Shown here piece after piece: positions 10,870-23,400 of a DNA stretch of 64,000 nucleotides (its first letter is position 1; the number at the start of each line of letters is the position of its first letter). Position numbers and translations under genes: made by a program. The notes under the pieces were generated by a model. That model was not told the origin of the DNA. It did not search any database and saw only the letters and a program-made list of their open reading frames with translations. The stretch is from Laetmonice hystrix (taxonomy: Eukaryota): the NCBI GenBank assembly GCA_965235115.1, contig OZ249446.1:13950001-14014000 (forward strand). Reading direction: 5' to 3'.

Positions 10870-12331
10870 GGGATTTGTGTGTTTGCCCTGGGTTGTGTTA
10901 TCCTTGGGTGGTGTGTTTGCCCTGGGTTGTGTGTTGGCTCTGGGTTGTGTGTTAGCCCTTGGTTGAGTTAACCTTAGGGCTTGTGTTTGCCCCGGGTTGT
11001 GTTTTGGCTCCGGGTTAAACACGACGTATATCAGCCCTGGGCTGTGTTAGCCTTGGGTGGCGTGTTTGCCATGGGTTGTGTGTTAGCCCTGGGTTGTGAG
11101 TTAGCCTTGGGCTGTGTGTTAGCCCTGGGTTGCGAGTTAGCCTTGGGTTGTGTGTTTGCCCCAGGTTGTGAGTCAGCTCTGGGTTACACACGTATCTCAG
11201 GCCTGGGCTGTGTTAGCCTTGGGTGGCATGTTTGCCCCGGGTTGTGAGTCAGCTCTGGGTTACACACGTATATCAGGCCTGGGCTGTGTTAGCCTTGGGT
11301 GGCATGTTTGCCCTGGGTTGTGAGTCAGCTCTGGGTTACACACGTATATCAACCCTGGGCTGTGTTAGCCTTGGGTGGCATGTTTGCCCTGGGTTGTGAG
11401 TCAGCTCTGGGTTACACACGTATATCAGGCCTGGGCTGTGTTAGCCTTGGGTTGTGTGTTTGCCCTGGGTTGTGAGTCAGCTCTGGGTTACACACGTATA
11501 TCAACCCTGGGCTGTGTTAGCCTTGGGTTGTATTTTTCTTTTGAAATGCACGGGCATCAGGGGTAACCCAATTACTTTGACAATGTCCCTAAAGAGAAAA
11601 GTTGTATAGTCCTCTACAGGAATCGAACCCAGGCCCTAAGATTACTGCACCCATTCGCATAGCATAAGGTGTCGACATCCATGCCCACTAGGCCACCGTG
11701 TTTGCCCCGGGTTGTGAGTCAGCTCTGGGTTACACACGTATATCAACCCTGGGCTGTGTTAGCCTTGGGTTGTGTGTTTGCCCCGGGTTGTGAGTCAGCT
11801 CTGGGTTACACACGTATATCAGGCCTGGGCTGTGTTAGCCTTGGGTGGCATGTTTGCCCCGGGTTGTGAGTCAGCTCTGGGTTACACACGTATATCAACC
11901 CTGGGCTGTGTTAGGCTTGGGTTGTGTGTTTGCCCCGGGTTGTGAGTCAGCTCTGGGTTACACACGTATATCAACCCTGGGCTGTGTTAGGCTTGGGTTG
12001 TGTGTTTGCCCCGGGTTGTGAGTCAGCTCTGGGTTACACACGTATATCAACCCTGGGCTGTGTTAGCCTTGGGTTGTGTGTTAGCCCTGGGTTGTGAGTT
12101 AGCCTTGGGTTGTGTGTTTGCCCTGGGTTGTGAGTCAGCTCTGGGTTACACACGTATATCAGGCCTGGGCTGTGTTAGCCTTGGGTGGCATGTTTGCCCC
12201 GGGTTGTGAGTCAGCTCTGGGTTACACACGTATATCAACCCTGGGCTGTGTTAGCCTTGGGTTGTGTGTTTGCCCCGGGTTGTGAGTCTGCTCTGGGTTA
12301 CACACGTATACATATCAGGCCTGGGCTGTGT
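10870..12331. repeat. Composite satellite: ~18-bp units (GTGTTTGCCCTGGGTTGT) grading into a 76-bp higher-order unit, interrupted at ~11532-11697
   Basis: Period 76 between 11701 and 11777; 18-bp subunits visible at 10870-11160. Confidence 0.92.
11595..11670 (-). mobile_element. tRNA-derived SINE head fragment
   Basis: Pol III B-box GGTTCGATTCC on the minus strand (11619-11629); no complete cloverleaf. Confidence 0.4.
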
Positions 12332-13244
12332 CTATCCGAGAACCACTTGAGCCTCACGTGTTGCTCATCTAAAGGTGACGTTGACTTTTATTTCCCATTC
12401 GTTTTTATAGACTACAATAAACACGGAGGTAAACGTCACAGTTGATGAAGGCCTGGACCTGAGGGTCGAATCTCTATCAAACTACTGCCCACCGACACCG
12501 TGTCACGTTATGGTCCATAAAACCTACTTTATGAGACTGTATATTGACAGGTCAGGGGCTGGCCCACACTGGCATTGACAGGTCAGGGGCTGGCCCACAC
12601 TGGCACCTAAACCAAGGTTAGAGTTCACAGCTACCTCGCCACGTGACGTGGTACGATAGAGTTTAAAACGAGCACAGACATGGCCTGGGCGTTCACCCAC
12701 CTTCATCTAGATAATAAATCTCCATATTTCCTCCCCGTGATCTTTGTCCTATACAGAACTATCCCCTTCAACTCAATTTACACCAACCCTCTTCAGTAAA
12801 CGGACGTTCAATAGAGTAATAAAGCTACACCCCCAATTAATACCCTAGGTAACTCATTATCGGCTACTCCAGCAGAATCCTAGAAGTTATTTCATACTTG
12901 CAGGCTCCCTAAATTTTTATCTTAGTTCTTTATAAGCACTCTCCGCTTATCTCGTGCTAGAGTTCCAGATTTTACATCTGTAACTAAAAACCTCCACCAA
13001 ACTTGTTTCTGGTCTCTACTCAAGACCTTCACCAAACCGATGTTTCAGCGCAAGCCCCAAGTTACTTCCTTATCACTAAACAGATGTATTTTGCATACAG
13101 GACCGCGTGAGTGATCTCAGACATAGTCTTGTACATAATATGTACAAGTGTGTGAGCGATAATAGGTGATATGACTTCAACCTTGGTTTCTGGTTGGAGG
13201 GGTGGGGGGGGGGGTCGTCCACGACGAACAGGTGGCGCCATCTG

Positions 13245-13370
13245 GGCCCGGTTCACAAACAAAGTCAAGTCAATTTTAATTGACTTGAAGTCAATTTTAC
13301 TTGAATCTGATTGGTTAAAATGGATTTCAAGTGAATTAAAATTGACTTGACTTTGTTTGTGAACCGGGCC
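13245..13370. mobile_element. 126-bp MITE, PIF/Harbinger-like
   Basis: Perfect 37-bp TIR GGCCCGGTTCACAAACAAAGTCAAGTCAATTTTAATT, flanked by a 3-bp CTG duplication (13242-13244 and 13371-13373). GGC termini with a CWG 3-bp TSD fit Harbinger. Confidence 0.9.
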
Positions 13371-15260
13371 CTGGACGTGGTCCCACACTACACCGGACGG
13401 GAGAGATAAAAATCTGTCCAGTAACGACCGACCTGCCACCTGGTGGTTACAACAAACCCTCTCAAAACGACACGATTCGGGCCCAAACATGGCGGCCTGG
13501 CTGTTCAAACATTGTTTTTTCCCCACTGTGACCATCTGGAAGTAATTGAAGTCATTCCTACACCGTTATGATCTCTGCAGGGAGGGATGATTGTTCCACG
13601 GCCACCATTGAGCGACTGTCGGCTCGGTGACTGGCTACATGACGGCCTCACAATGAGCAAAAACCTCAGGACCTTTGACACCAACCAAACAACGTGCACG
13701 GGTCAAAGTCACCTACGTCTTATTCACGTTCCCTTTTCTTTTTTACAGTAAAAAGACTGCCAGTCTGTAGTACATGTGTTCATGATCAAATCTGATGATT
13801 ATCGCCAAAAACAACAGCTTCTGCGACGAAATGCGCCCACAACTCGTGAGACTGATTTAAAACAAGGATTTCCTCTGGCTGCCACATCAAACGGTAAAGT
13901 TACTCTATTTCACACATTTTAATAAAAGTCGTGTGCAAGTACATTGAGTATTTTGAATAATTTGAGACCATAGTCAGAGTCGCTTGGGGTCTGGCTCCCA
14001 TCAAACGACCACGGAGCAGACAGTCTGGCGGCTGAGAATCGTACAACTCTACTCGACCTTGACCTGCTAGAATCCCGAACCCGGCGACTACAGTACATGT
14101 GTGGGAGGAATAACTTTGGCAGCCATGTTAGGGACCCAAGTAGTTAACTACCTTTAATAACGCCGCCCCGAGAGGGGGGCACTGTCCATGAAGTAGCCCT
14201 ATGCTATGGCACTTCACATTAATTTTTCAGTGGCGGTCAATACGCCCATTGCTTTGGTCAGACAGACTGTCGATCAGTAGATCGATAGATTGATGGACTG
14301 TCCTTCCAGTAAACCTTAGTAATCCTGCGTCTGCAATCTCACTGAATCATTTCCACCCAAACTTGTGTCACACCCCCTCCATTCCAGGCGTTACCTCAGC
14401 TAATGATCAAACAATACCATCTCTCTCAGGTGTGGCAAGCGCAACAACGCCCCCTTGTGGCGAACAAATTACTAAATCTGAGGACAAAGACAGGCGCTCA
14501 AGACTTGTCACTCGAGGAGTGGGAGTGAGAACGGAATGATCCCGAAAATAAACCGCATCACACAGGCCCCCTGTGTATCCAAAAATACCTCCGACCAGGT
14601 AACATTCTGCCGCACAAAAGGCCGCTTGTATTCTAGAAAATCTAAACGACCTAAGCCACAACTAGCAGCCAGACTACTGGAAATTGAAACAGCTCTAATA
14701 ATCCATGTAATTTCCTGTCCAGACATTATGCCGCCCTGCTCAAGTGCATTTTGAGGGTCTTATCTTGTGAAATGCTGGCGCGATTCTCCGTTTTCTTTCA
14801 GTAAAGCTTGGAGCGATTTGATCTCCAGTTCGTAAATCAGCGTGCCGAGATTGTGACGTCACCTAGCAACATCTCCGCACGACGTCACATCATGGACCCT
14901 GATCAAGGCATTCATTTCACGGCTAGCCCTACTTTGGCTCAAACTGCTGCCTATCAAAAAACATTATGGCATACAGGTCTGTGTAAATCGGCCATATTAA
15001 AACTGTACCAGCTAACCATGAAATATTTCAAGTACAATGTATAATGTTTCACCCATTTATAAGGTGGATGGTGATTAGTAAGACACACTAAATAAAGGAT
15101 TGGACATTTTCTACATTAAATAAGTCGTAAATACAGCACAAATTAGGATTTACTGGAGATTATATCACTGATCAACTACCGGTATCCTAGCGACACTTAG
15201 GTCATCATAATTATATAATTTTTTCCTCAAATCTTTCCAACAATATGACAAAAAAATTAA

Positions 15261-15474
15261 CCCCTTCAAAGCCACAATTCAGATTTGCTCATGACATGAA
15301 ATATACGTGAGAATTTTGAATTCGGAACAGCACCTGATGAAGATTAAATCTATATCCTAAAATTAGGACCAATGGATTTCGGATGGTCATGATTTTCACT
15401 GTTAATTTCCAATGAAACGAGCAAATTTCCGTGCAGACTGTCGGAAAGCCGCATCGGTTATGGTTTCTCTGGGG
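15261..15474. mobile_element. Possible piggyBac-type MITE, 214 bp
   Basis: TTAA|CCCC...GGGG|TTAA (TTAA at 15257-15260 and 15475-15478); TIRs match only weakly beyond the CCCC ends. Confidence 0.45.
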
Positions 15475-15528
15475 TTAAAGAAGAGGTTTATGAAAGTAGT
15501 GCTAGTAGTAAAGATGGCTTACATGTAC

Positions 15529-15620
15529 CTTAGCCATTTGAGCCTGGACGCCTTGGGACTGGAGGGCCTTCACGGCTGACTCGGCCGCCATCGGGGATTC
15601 AAAGTCCACGAATCCATAAC
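15529..15620 (-). CDS. RBMS: RRM1 RNP1 and linker exon ([31 protein letters not shown])
   Basis: gtcgttgcag|GT TAT GGA TTC...GCT AAG|gtacat; 92 nt, phase 1 to 0. Missed by the ORF track. Confidence 0.96.
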
Positions 15621-18600
15621 CTGCAACGACACAACATAATATTTGGGGGTCAATACGACCAACTACTTCCATCTAAACTCAGTTCACGATTTCTAGGAAA
15701 TTACTACAAATCTGTTCTGTGAAAGATTTATAACACAATGCCACTCTGAATTGACTTGTGATCAATTGTATGTGCCCCTCAAACTCTCCCCAGAAACAGT
15801 CACTTTTACAATTTCTTGGCTATCTCGCATTTTCTTCAGTTTGGTGAACGCACACTCAGAGCTGCCAATGTACGGCGGCTTGGAGTTAAATCAAGAGAAA
15901 TAATTTCCAGCTTTCCCGCGATCAACCATCTACGAAATTCTAACCGATACGTTTACACCAAACTACTTCCATTTTTTCACTGGCTGTTCGTACTAGGTGT
16001 TTATGACAGTGCTGACACAGCGGATCGGTTGTTCTAAATACCACTGAGCTCAGCAGTAAATGGTATGTCAATGGGCGGATAATGATAAGGCATGCCGCCT
16101 TGTATAACAACCTATGTCAGCACTTCAAATATGTGATACTAAACGCCAATGGCAGTCACATATTATTTTTTTAAATCTATGTTGACAGTCCTACTCGACT
16201 GTTTTACGCTTCCTTATTCTCGACTGACATGATCTAAAATAATGTTTATTCCTCCTGCACCCCTTGGCTACAAGTGTTCCATAATAGGTCTTGAATCTGA
16301 ACAGTTGAAATTAAAAAATTCAGTACACTTGAACCTTCCAGTTTAATATACATCCAAGGCGAACACTGGTCCTGTCATAATATCCAGTCTAGAATCTGCC
16401 ATTCTGAAACGTCTTTTTTGGTACGTAACCAAGTAACTATGTACATACAGGTCCATGATGACTCGAGGGGTCAAACAATCAACGCTAGTTGACACCGCCC
16501 ACGGCGCTCACTAACTAGGCCGGTGAATACCCCAGTCAGTCCAGCCCAGATTGTTACATAATAACCTGCTCCGTCTCCATGGTAACGACGGTTGCTAGGT
16601 GACACCTGGTTCAGGTACTGGAGCCTGGTACTGTCCGCAGGCTGGGCTCACTGACCTCTATCTGACTCAGGCAATGGCTATCGACCTTTATCTGACCTAC
16701 AGACTGCCTGAGGAAATCTTACTGTCTACTACCGCCTTCCCGGCCAGTTTACAACCAGTTCGTCATGGCTTCCTACACGACTCAGTCCTAACGTAGTTTC
16801 TGTTCGCCTTCCAAACTGGTAAAACAACTTTCACTTCCCAGTTCAAGAAAACACGTCGCTCCGACCAGTTTTCCATATTCATGAAAGGCAAGGATCGACA
16901 TATTTTTTTAATTATCTGAAAGTGTTAATTATGATTCCAAAATAAAGAATGTGGGTATGCGAACAGGTTGGCATTAACCGGTAAAACCCAAGATTTTGTT
17001 TTATACCTTTAAACGTTTACCAGGACGAAAAAGTAAAAATCTTTATGCTGTTTGGCTCCCGACTCGAGGGGCTCGACCTGCGTGGGCCTGTGAGCGTATG
17101 TCCTGGTCATATATTTGTTGTACATGTATACGGTCCAGACTCTTACCACTGACCCGCCCACCTCGTGCGACATTCCTCCCATAACGCGAATGCCATTGCC
17201 GGTCTGTGGTACACGACGCTAGTCCCGACAACGCCCGGCCTCATTGCCTGACCATTTACATGGCAACATTTCTATATGGCAGAATGCACAGTCTGAATCC
17301 ACATTGCCTACCCTTGATGTACACCTCGGGAAATACATGTTAACTCACTGTGCGGAATCACGACTGCCTTCTTCACATTGAATGTTAACAAGAAATTGTA
17401 TATTTGATTATTTCACTCAAACTGAACACCCATGTTTACTTGGTTTAACTGTTACCACCATATCAGATTTTTCTTCCTCTATATCGAATAAGCTTGGGGT
17501 GAAAAATCCTCTTTTCCCAAAATTTACAAGTTACAAAGTAACACCTAAATGACGCCCGACAGGCATTAAATCCGAATCTGTCAAGACATATTCAGAATAC
17601 CTTGGAGCGTACGTGCACGGTAAAGTCACTCGTCTGCACCAAATCCACCCTCTCCCGAACGTTTTTGCCCCGGGGCGTTTGTACACTTAGAAATTCAAGA
17701 TATGTACCTTCCCATTTGTTTCACGGGTTGCAAGTCACTCAATTTTCATTTTTTCTAGGAGTATGGAATTCTGCGAAGCTGACATTGAACATATGTTGAG
17801 TGCCCGCTTCCCACCCCCACCCCCGCCTTGGACGCACGCGTGTTTGTAAAAGTAATCGGCTGGCCCGTGTTGTCTTGTGAAGAGGAGAGCACCGATCATT
17901 CCCCCACCACGTCTCCCTCCCACTTGAGATTGGGACTGGAGACTCGCACCACAAAATACCTGCACGCCCTATCACTTCCCAACGACCGACGCTACGACCA
18001 ATCGACCACCCCCACAGCCTAGGCCGATCATCCGACTGACCACCCCCAGCCCAGACCAATCATCCGACCGACCGGCCAACCAACCCACCAAACCTGGTTG
18101 TACAACCAACCTGCCCACTGACCCACCGATCCACCCTGCCTTTCACGTCGGCTGGAAGTGGACCCGGCCCCCAAACATTCACCACATCTCTCATCTGAAA
18201 GCCAAGTGTACTTCTTTTTTAACTCAGTTCCTTTCCTATTTCCTGTCATCACTATTTCTTTTCCTCTCCCACTTTTCCCATCTTTTTGTCATTCGGACTA
18301 TGTGAATAGTGAAAAACGAAAATACGGCTCACCTACAAAATGAACATACTACTACTTTCTGCTTCCATCCTGAAAAACCTTCCAGCAATCCAGGGCAAAC
18401 AGGTAACAAAGATCAGAAGGTGTTTACTGGCCTCTGCTTTGAACTAAACCGTGTTTAAACAGCAGTTTGGTTTCACTGTCATTAATCAATGTAGATACAG
18501 CCTCGTCAGCCCGTGACGCGAGGATAGAAACTGGTAACGAGACTGGTAACTGCGCAAACACAAAACCAATCCGTTCTTCACTTCCTGAGAAATTACCTTA

Positions 18601-19550
18601 TCATAATCCACAATCAGGAGATTTTCAAACTGAGTCCCCAATAAACTGACCTCAAGGCCCTGAAGCAGGATTTCGAAAATACATCGCTCATCTGCCTCTT
18701 TCTCACAAGTTTTCATCACAATTTGTTCGAACGAAAAGAAAATATACCTGCAAGGAGCGCAAGAAAACAGGAAGTCGTGTCTCCGAGGCTTCCGTTCAGT
18801 GTCTGCCCATCCCGGTGCGACACTTATACTCTTGTATTTGGTCAGACTTCGGTGCAGTGGTTATTTCTTGAACAGAGTCTCTTCCAGACAGTGTAAGACT
18901 ATCTCCATTAGGACAGGGATAGTTTGGAGGGTTGAGGGGAGGAGCTTGTAGGGGGTACGACAGGCGGGTTTATTATCCCACCAAACCAGTTACTCAACCC
19001 TCAGTTTGTTCTAGGTACCGCCCGGGGTTCTGCAAGGTTCTTCACTCTCTCCTACCTTATTCCTATGTTTTCACTAAAGTTCATTGACTCTACAAATGTG
19101 GCAACATCCTAAAATGGTCACAGATGCTCTCACACGCCTTTTTACCTACATGCTGGCCAGAAGGGCCTGTAGAACTGGCGGATAATGTAGAAAAAGGAGG
19201 AAGAAAGGAGTAAGTCATTCGTCATGGGTAGAATATTGGGGACTATGGCGTGAGGGAATTACTAGTCCGGACATGTCGTTTAGATGTGTTTGTCGTACAG
19301 ATCGGCCATCGCTTTCACCGTCACCACTGAATGGCCACTGATTTTTTCGCTTTCTCAATATTGGCGAGCATATGGCTGAAAGTTGGTCCGCAACACGGGT
19401 CTGTTTGTGAGCATTCCCATCAGGTACACAACTCGATAAGAGTAAATAAAAACACGCACGCACAAACTCTGTATCTGAGGAGATACATTTAGGAGTCATG
19501 AAGAATTGCCTTTCAGACCCCCCCCCCCCCCCTTCTCCCTATGCCCAGCT

Positions 19551-19648
19551 AAAGGCCCAGATACACAGACCGATTTACGACCGATTTTGAGATACGGCCG
19601 ATTTTTCTCCATAGGAAAACTATGGTCTGTGTATCTATCTGAGTCCTA
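19551..19648. mobile_element. Degenerate short MITE-like inverted repeat
   Basis: AAGGCCCAGATACACAGACC vs GGTCTGTGTATCT(ATCT)GAGTCCT. Confidence 0.4.
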
Positions 19649-20262
19649 AGACACTCGACAGTGCAGTCAGGACAGAAATCAAACAGAACACGTTGTCACG
19701 AGGTTTCAGCAAGTGGGTCTAATTTAGATTTCCATCCCGACCAGACAGGGGCGACTGTCTAGACGCGCTATCGCCAGTACCCCACCCCTTTCTAGGGGGC
19801 CCCCACCCAGAGTTTCCATCTGCCACAATGAGGTCAAGGTCAAGGGTCACACCCTGACACGAACCACATGGATCCACTGCCGCTCCCCTGTAGATTCCCC
19901 ACCCCCACCCCCAGCCCACACTCGGGACAGGAAGGTCTCTTCTTCATCAGACCAGCACCAGATCAGACCATGGAACGGCTCGGAAGGAGACAACCTCCTA
20001 TCCACAATACCCTGGTGATAACAGACACACATTCCTACCCTTCAATCTTTTTATTTAGTTTATGGGGGACATTTTTATATACCTTGGTTTAAATAGACTC
20101 GATCAATGTCAGTTTTCAGTTCCAGCAAAGTGAAAGAAATACTACCATTAATCCCATCTGCCACAAAGAAGCCGGTAATTTATGACAAGTCCAACTTTTT
20201 ACACACACCCGGTACTTAAATTATGACAGGAACGCTCCTAGCTTCTTAAAGCAGACTCTACC

Positions 20263-20343
20263 AGGGTGAACACACTCCAGTGTGAACACACTCCAGTGTG
20301 AACACACTCCAGTGTGAACACACTCCAGTGTGAACACACTCCG
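20263..20343. repeat. 16-bp tandem repeat (CACTCCAGTGTGAACA) x~5
   Basis: Seen directly; lies about 50 nt downstream of the 20394 donor in transcript direction. Confidence 0.93.
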
Positions 20344-20393
20344 GCTCGTATGAGACCAAAGATAAAAGACAAAAGGCGAATCACCAAACTTAC

Positions 20394-20452
20394 CTTTACA
20401 CTTGTTTGTATTCTGGTCTATGATTGCTTTTGTTGATGTGATTTTACCAAAC
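20394..20452 (-). CDS. RBMS: RRM1 middle exon (FGKITSTKAIIDQNTNKCK)
   Basis: tgtttcag|G TTT GGT...TGT AAA G|gtaagt; 59 nt, phase 2 to 1; resembles RBMS YGKIVSTKAILDKTTNKCK. Confidence 0.96.
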
Positions 20453-23400
20453 CTGAAACAGAAGAAATATAACACACATAAGAACGGTTGATTCCTCTCG
20501 TGTACATTTTGTACTATGACATGTAAAAAACAAACACTTCAGTCCGTAAAATGCCTCGATCTTCACACATAAAATAACTGCGGAGATATATTTAAATCAT
20601 TCATCGTAAGTAATGTGTTGTTTCCTATTGACTCTTACATCTCCGTCAGCGTGACGCCAATGCCGGAGTCCTTTTATTTGAGGTAAAAAGATATCACTAT
20701 GTCAGGAAGATAATTTTGTATCAAGGCAGGAATCTGACAGCAACGACTGGCTCTTGTTTACCGCATTAGGTGGACAAAAACACAAAACTACGGTCGTTCC
20801 TAGGGGCCTGCTTGCCTGGGACACTGTAACTGTCTACCGCTAAGTAATGCCCACTAACGTTACCAGCTTCTAAGTACAAAATTCTACAATTTCAAAGAAA
20901 GACAAGTAAAACTCGTGGACATTCAACCAAATGGTACCAGTTTTATCTTAGTGACTGTCGTCTTATCACGTCATTACTTTCAGATACCGTTGAAATCTGA
21001 AAGCTCGGAGAGATACATCAACGCGGGGGTAATTGAATTAGATTTCGGGGTCATAGGTCACCCAAAGTCAAACTTCTCCTTCGTTCATGTTCCCTTCTAA
21101 CTACCCACCCCACTACCACGCCCCCTGGCGCCCAATGACGGCTTATCAAGACGTCTACGTGCCAGCAGTCGTCATTAAAGTAATCGGGTTCCTATTGTGT
21201 CTCCATGTTGCAATCGGCATCGTGGGGGTCACATTCCTCGCGACTGCTAACTCGTAAGTAAGTCACGCTGTGAGGGCCCGTACCCAGGCACGTGTCGGGA
21301 CAATCGTTGAGTGGGTGCATCTATTTGACACCGATCACGTCAGAGACCACAGACACGGCACTGCCTTCCAAACCTTCAGACATCTCCCTAAATGTTCAAC
21401 TTCCGGTCTATATTTTCTGCCTACTTCAAACTAATTGCAACCTCCCTTTATACAGCACCGCGTCCCACCTACAAAACGTGCTATAATGATCCCAGCTGCG
21501 ACGTTTCGACAACATGACGTGTATGTCTAAGTGAGTGAGTAAGTGAGTGTTAGTCATTTTCCGCCGTATCGGTGACTAAGGACACGTTGAGGACACAAAC
21601 AAGATTAGAACATGGCCAGGTTAAGTGTCGGAAACGTTTTCTTCCACATGTAGCTTCTATTCCTGATTATAACCATGGAGAGTGACGTTATGTGCAGGTA
21701 TCTGTCCATATAGAATGGAAGCTACCGATACCGTCAAAACAAGGCCAGGGAAACAGGGGCTGAGTCCTTAATGGATAGTCCTGGGGGGAGCTGCACTAAA
21801 GGTCCTAGAATTGAATTGAGTTAGGACCAACCTTTAACCTTCATTAAAACCCTCATGTCTAAGGCTAAAAATGTGTATTGACTCATTTTCTTACTTCTTC
21901 AGATAAAAGACACTATCAAAGACCTATGAATGATACAAGATAATTATAACCTTCACCATTCGTCTTGGAGAATTCTTTCAAATCTGGCCCAGTCCTACAT
22001 AGGACTAGTCCTAACGTTAGTGCAACGCCCTCTAGGGTGTGGAAGTTTTGGAGGCAGTTCCCCCGACCCTCAATCTCCCGCTGTCTGCCATACTTCTCAC
22101 AGTGAGAATACGTCCGGGTTTTGATCGTGTGTTATCAACAACCACTCCAACCCTCACACTCCATGGTAACACTTTCAATAATTGGCCTGGGGCTCATATC
22201 ATACTGCTCCCCGAATCTTTAACTACCAGATAACAACCCCTGCTGTGTGAGGCTATAATGATGGTAGTGACGGCACCTCAACATTTCACGATCACAACCC
22301 CCGAAAACCGGCCTGCTCCGTCATACAATCGGTAAATCACAATTCTAGAGTTCCCTCTCAAATAATACCACTACATGGCACGTCAATGCTGACACTGGAA
22401 TCAGGTTTACAAAAGATTACACTACCATCTGACCGACTTCTGAAGCTAACCCTCATTTTCTTTCCGAGAGAGCGAGAAAAAAATCCTATAATACTTGCCC
22501 GGCCGGCATGATTAGAAGAGCCAAGCGACTAGGGCTCCTGTGTTAGTCAACACTGGCCCCAGGAAAGCTGAACATAATGTTTGCCCATTGACAGGATACA
22601 CTGCTAACCAACCCGACATCTGCTGCTATCTACCGGCACGACTACCAGCGCATCTGTTTTTGGAGGTAATTTCCTCCCGACCAGTCCCGTTGCCAATGGA
22701 AACGAAGCCCATGAGTTGGATCCCGGACTTTCAGCCTCAGTCCCCTGGGCCAAAGATCCGCTTACCAGCCGCCAGTGCCAGGTTTTTTATTTAAAAGTAT
22801 GCTTCCTGCCGCAATATGTAAATTTATAGGTCCGAACACTGGGCCGGGCTGTTGGTGGAGTCTATCCATGTGTTTGTGGAGGGGAAGTAAGCACCAATGT
22901 GGAAATGATCAGTGCTGGGTGGCCAGCCATGTATCCCGCCAGGGGGCGCTGGCGAGAGGTCAGCGGGGACAGTCCCACCGGATGCCAGTCTTTTGATAAT
23001 ATTTCAATGTGTGTGTTGGACTTTCAGGAGTTTCAAACCTCCAGTATTGGCATGCCAGACGTTGGGAGAAGTTATACATTGACAGAATGTCATGACTAGC
23101 TGTACGGTCGCTGGGCGGAGTTTCAGTATCTGACTCCGAGCCGGTACTCAAACGTCGCTGACCCCGAGAAGCAGGGATCCGTGGCGCGATACGAAGCCAG
23201 CCCCCACCACCAACCCCACCCTGCTGGACACCTTCATTTACGACATGAACAATCCCCCTGTATGTTCCCCCCTGATATTTGGTATTGGCACGTACAGCCC
23301 CGGTGTGAAGTGTTTAACTTGAGGCTGTGGAGGCCAGAAGTCATGGAGGGAGCTGACCCCGATTCCTGAGGTCGTCAATAGTCATTTACCTTTGACCTTT

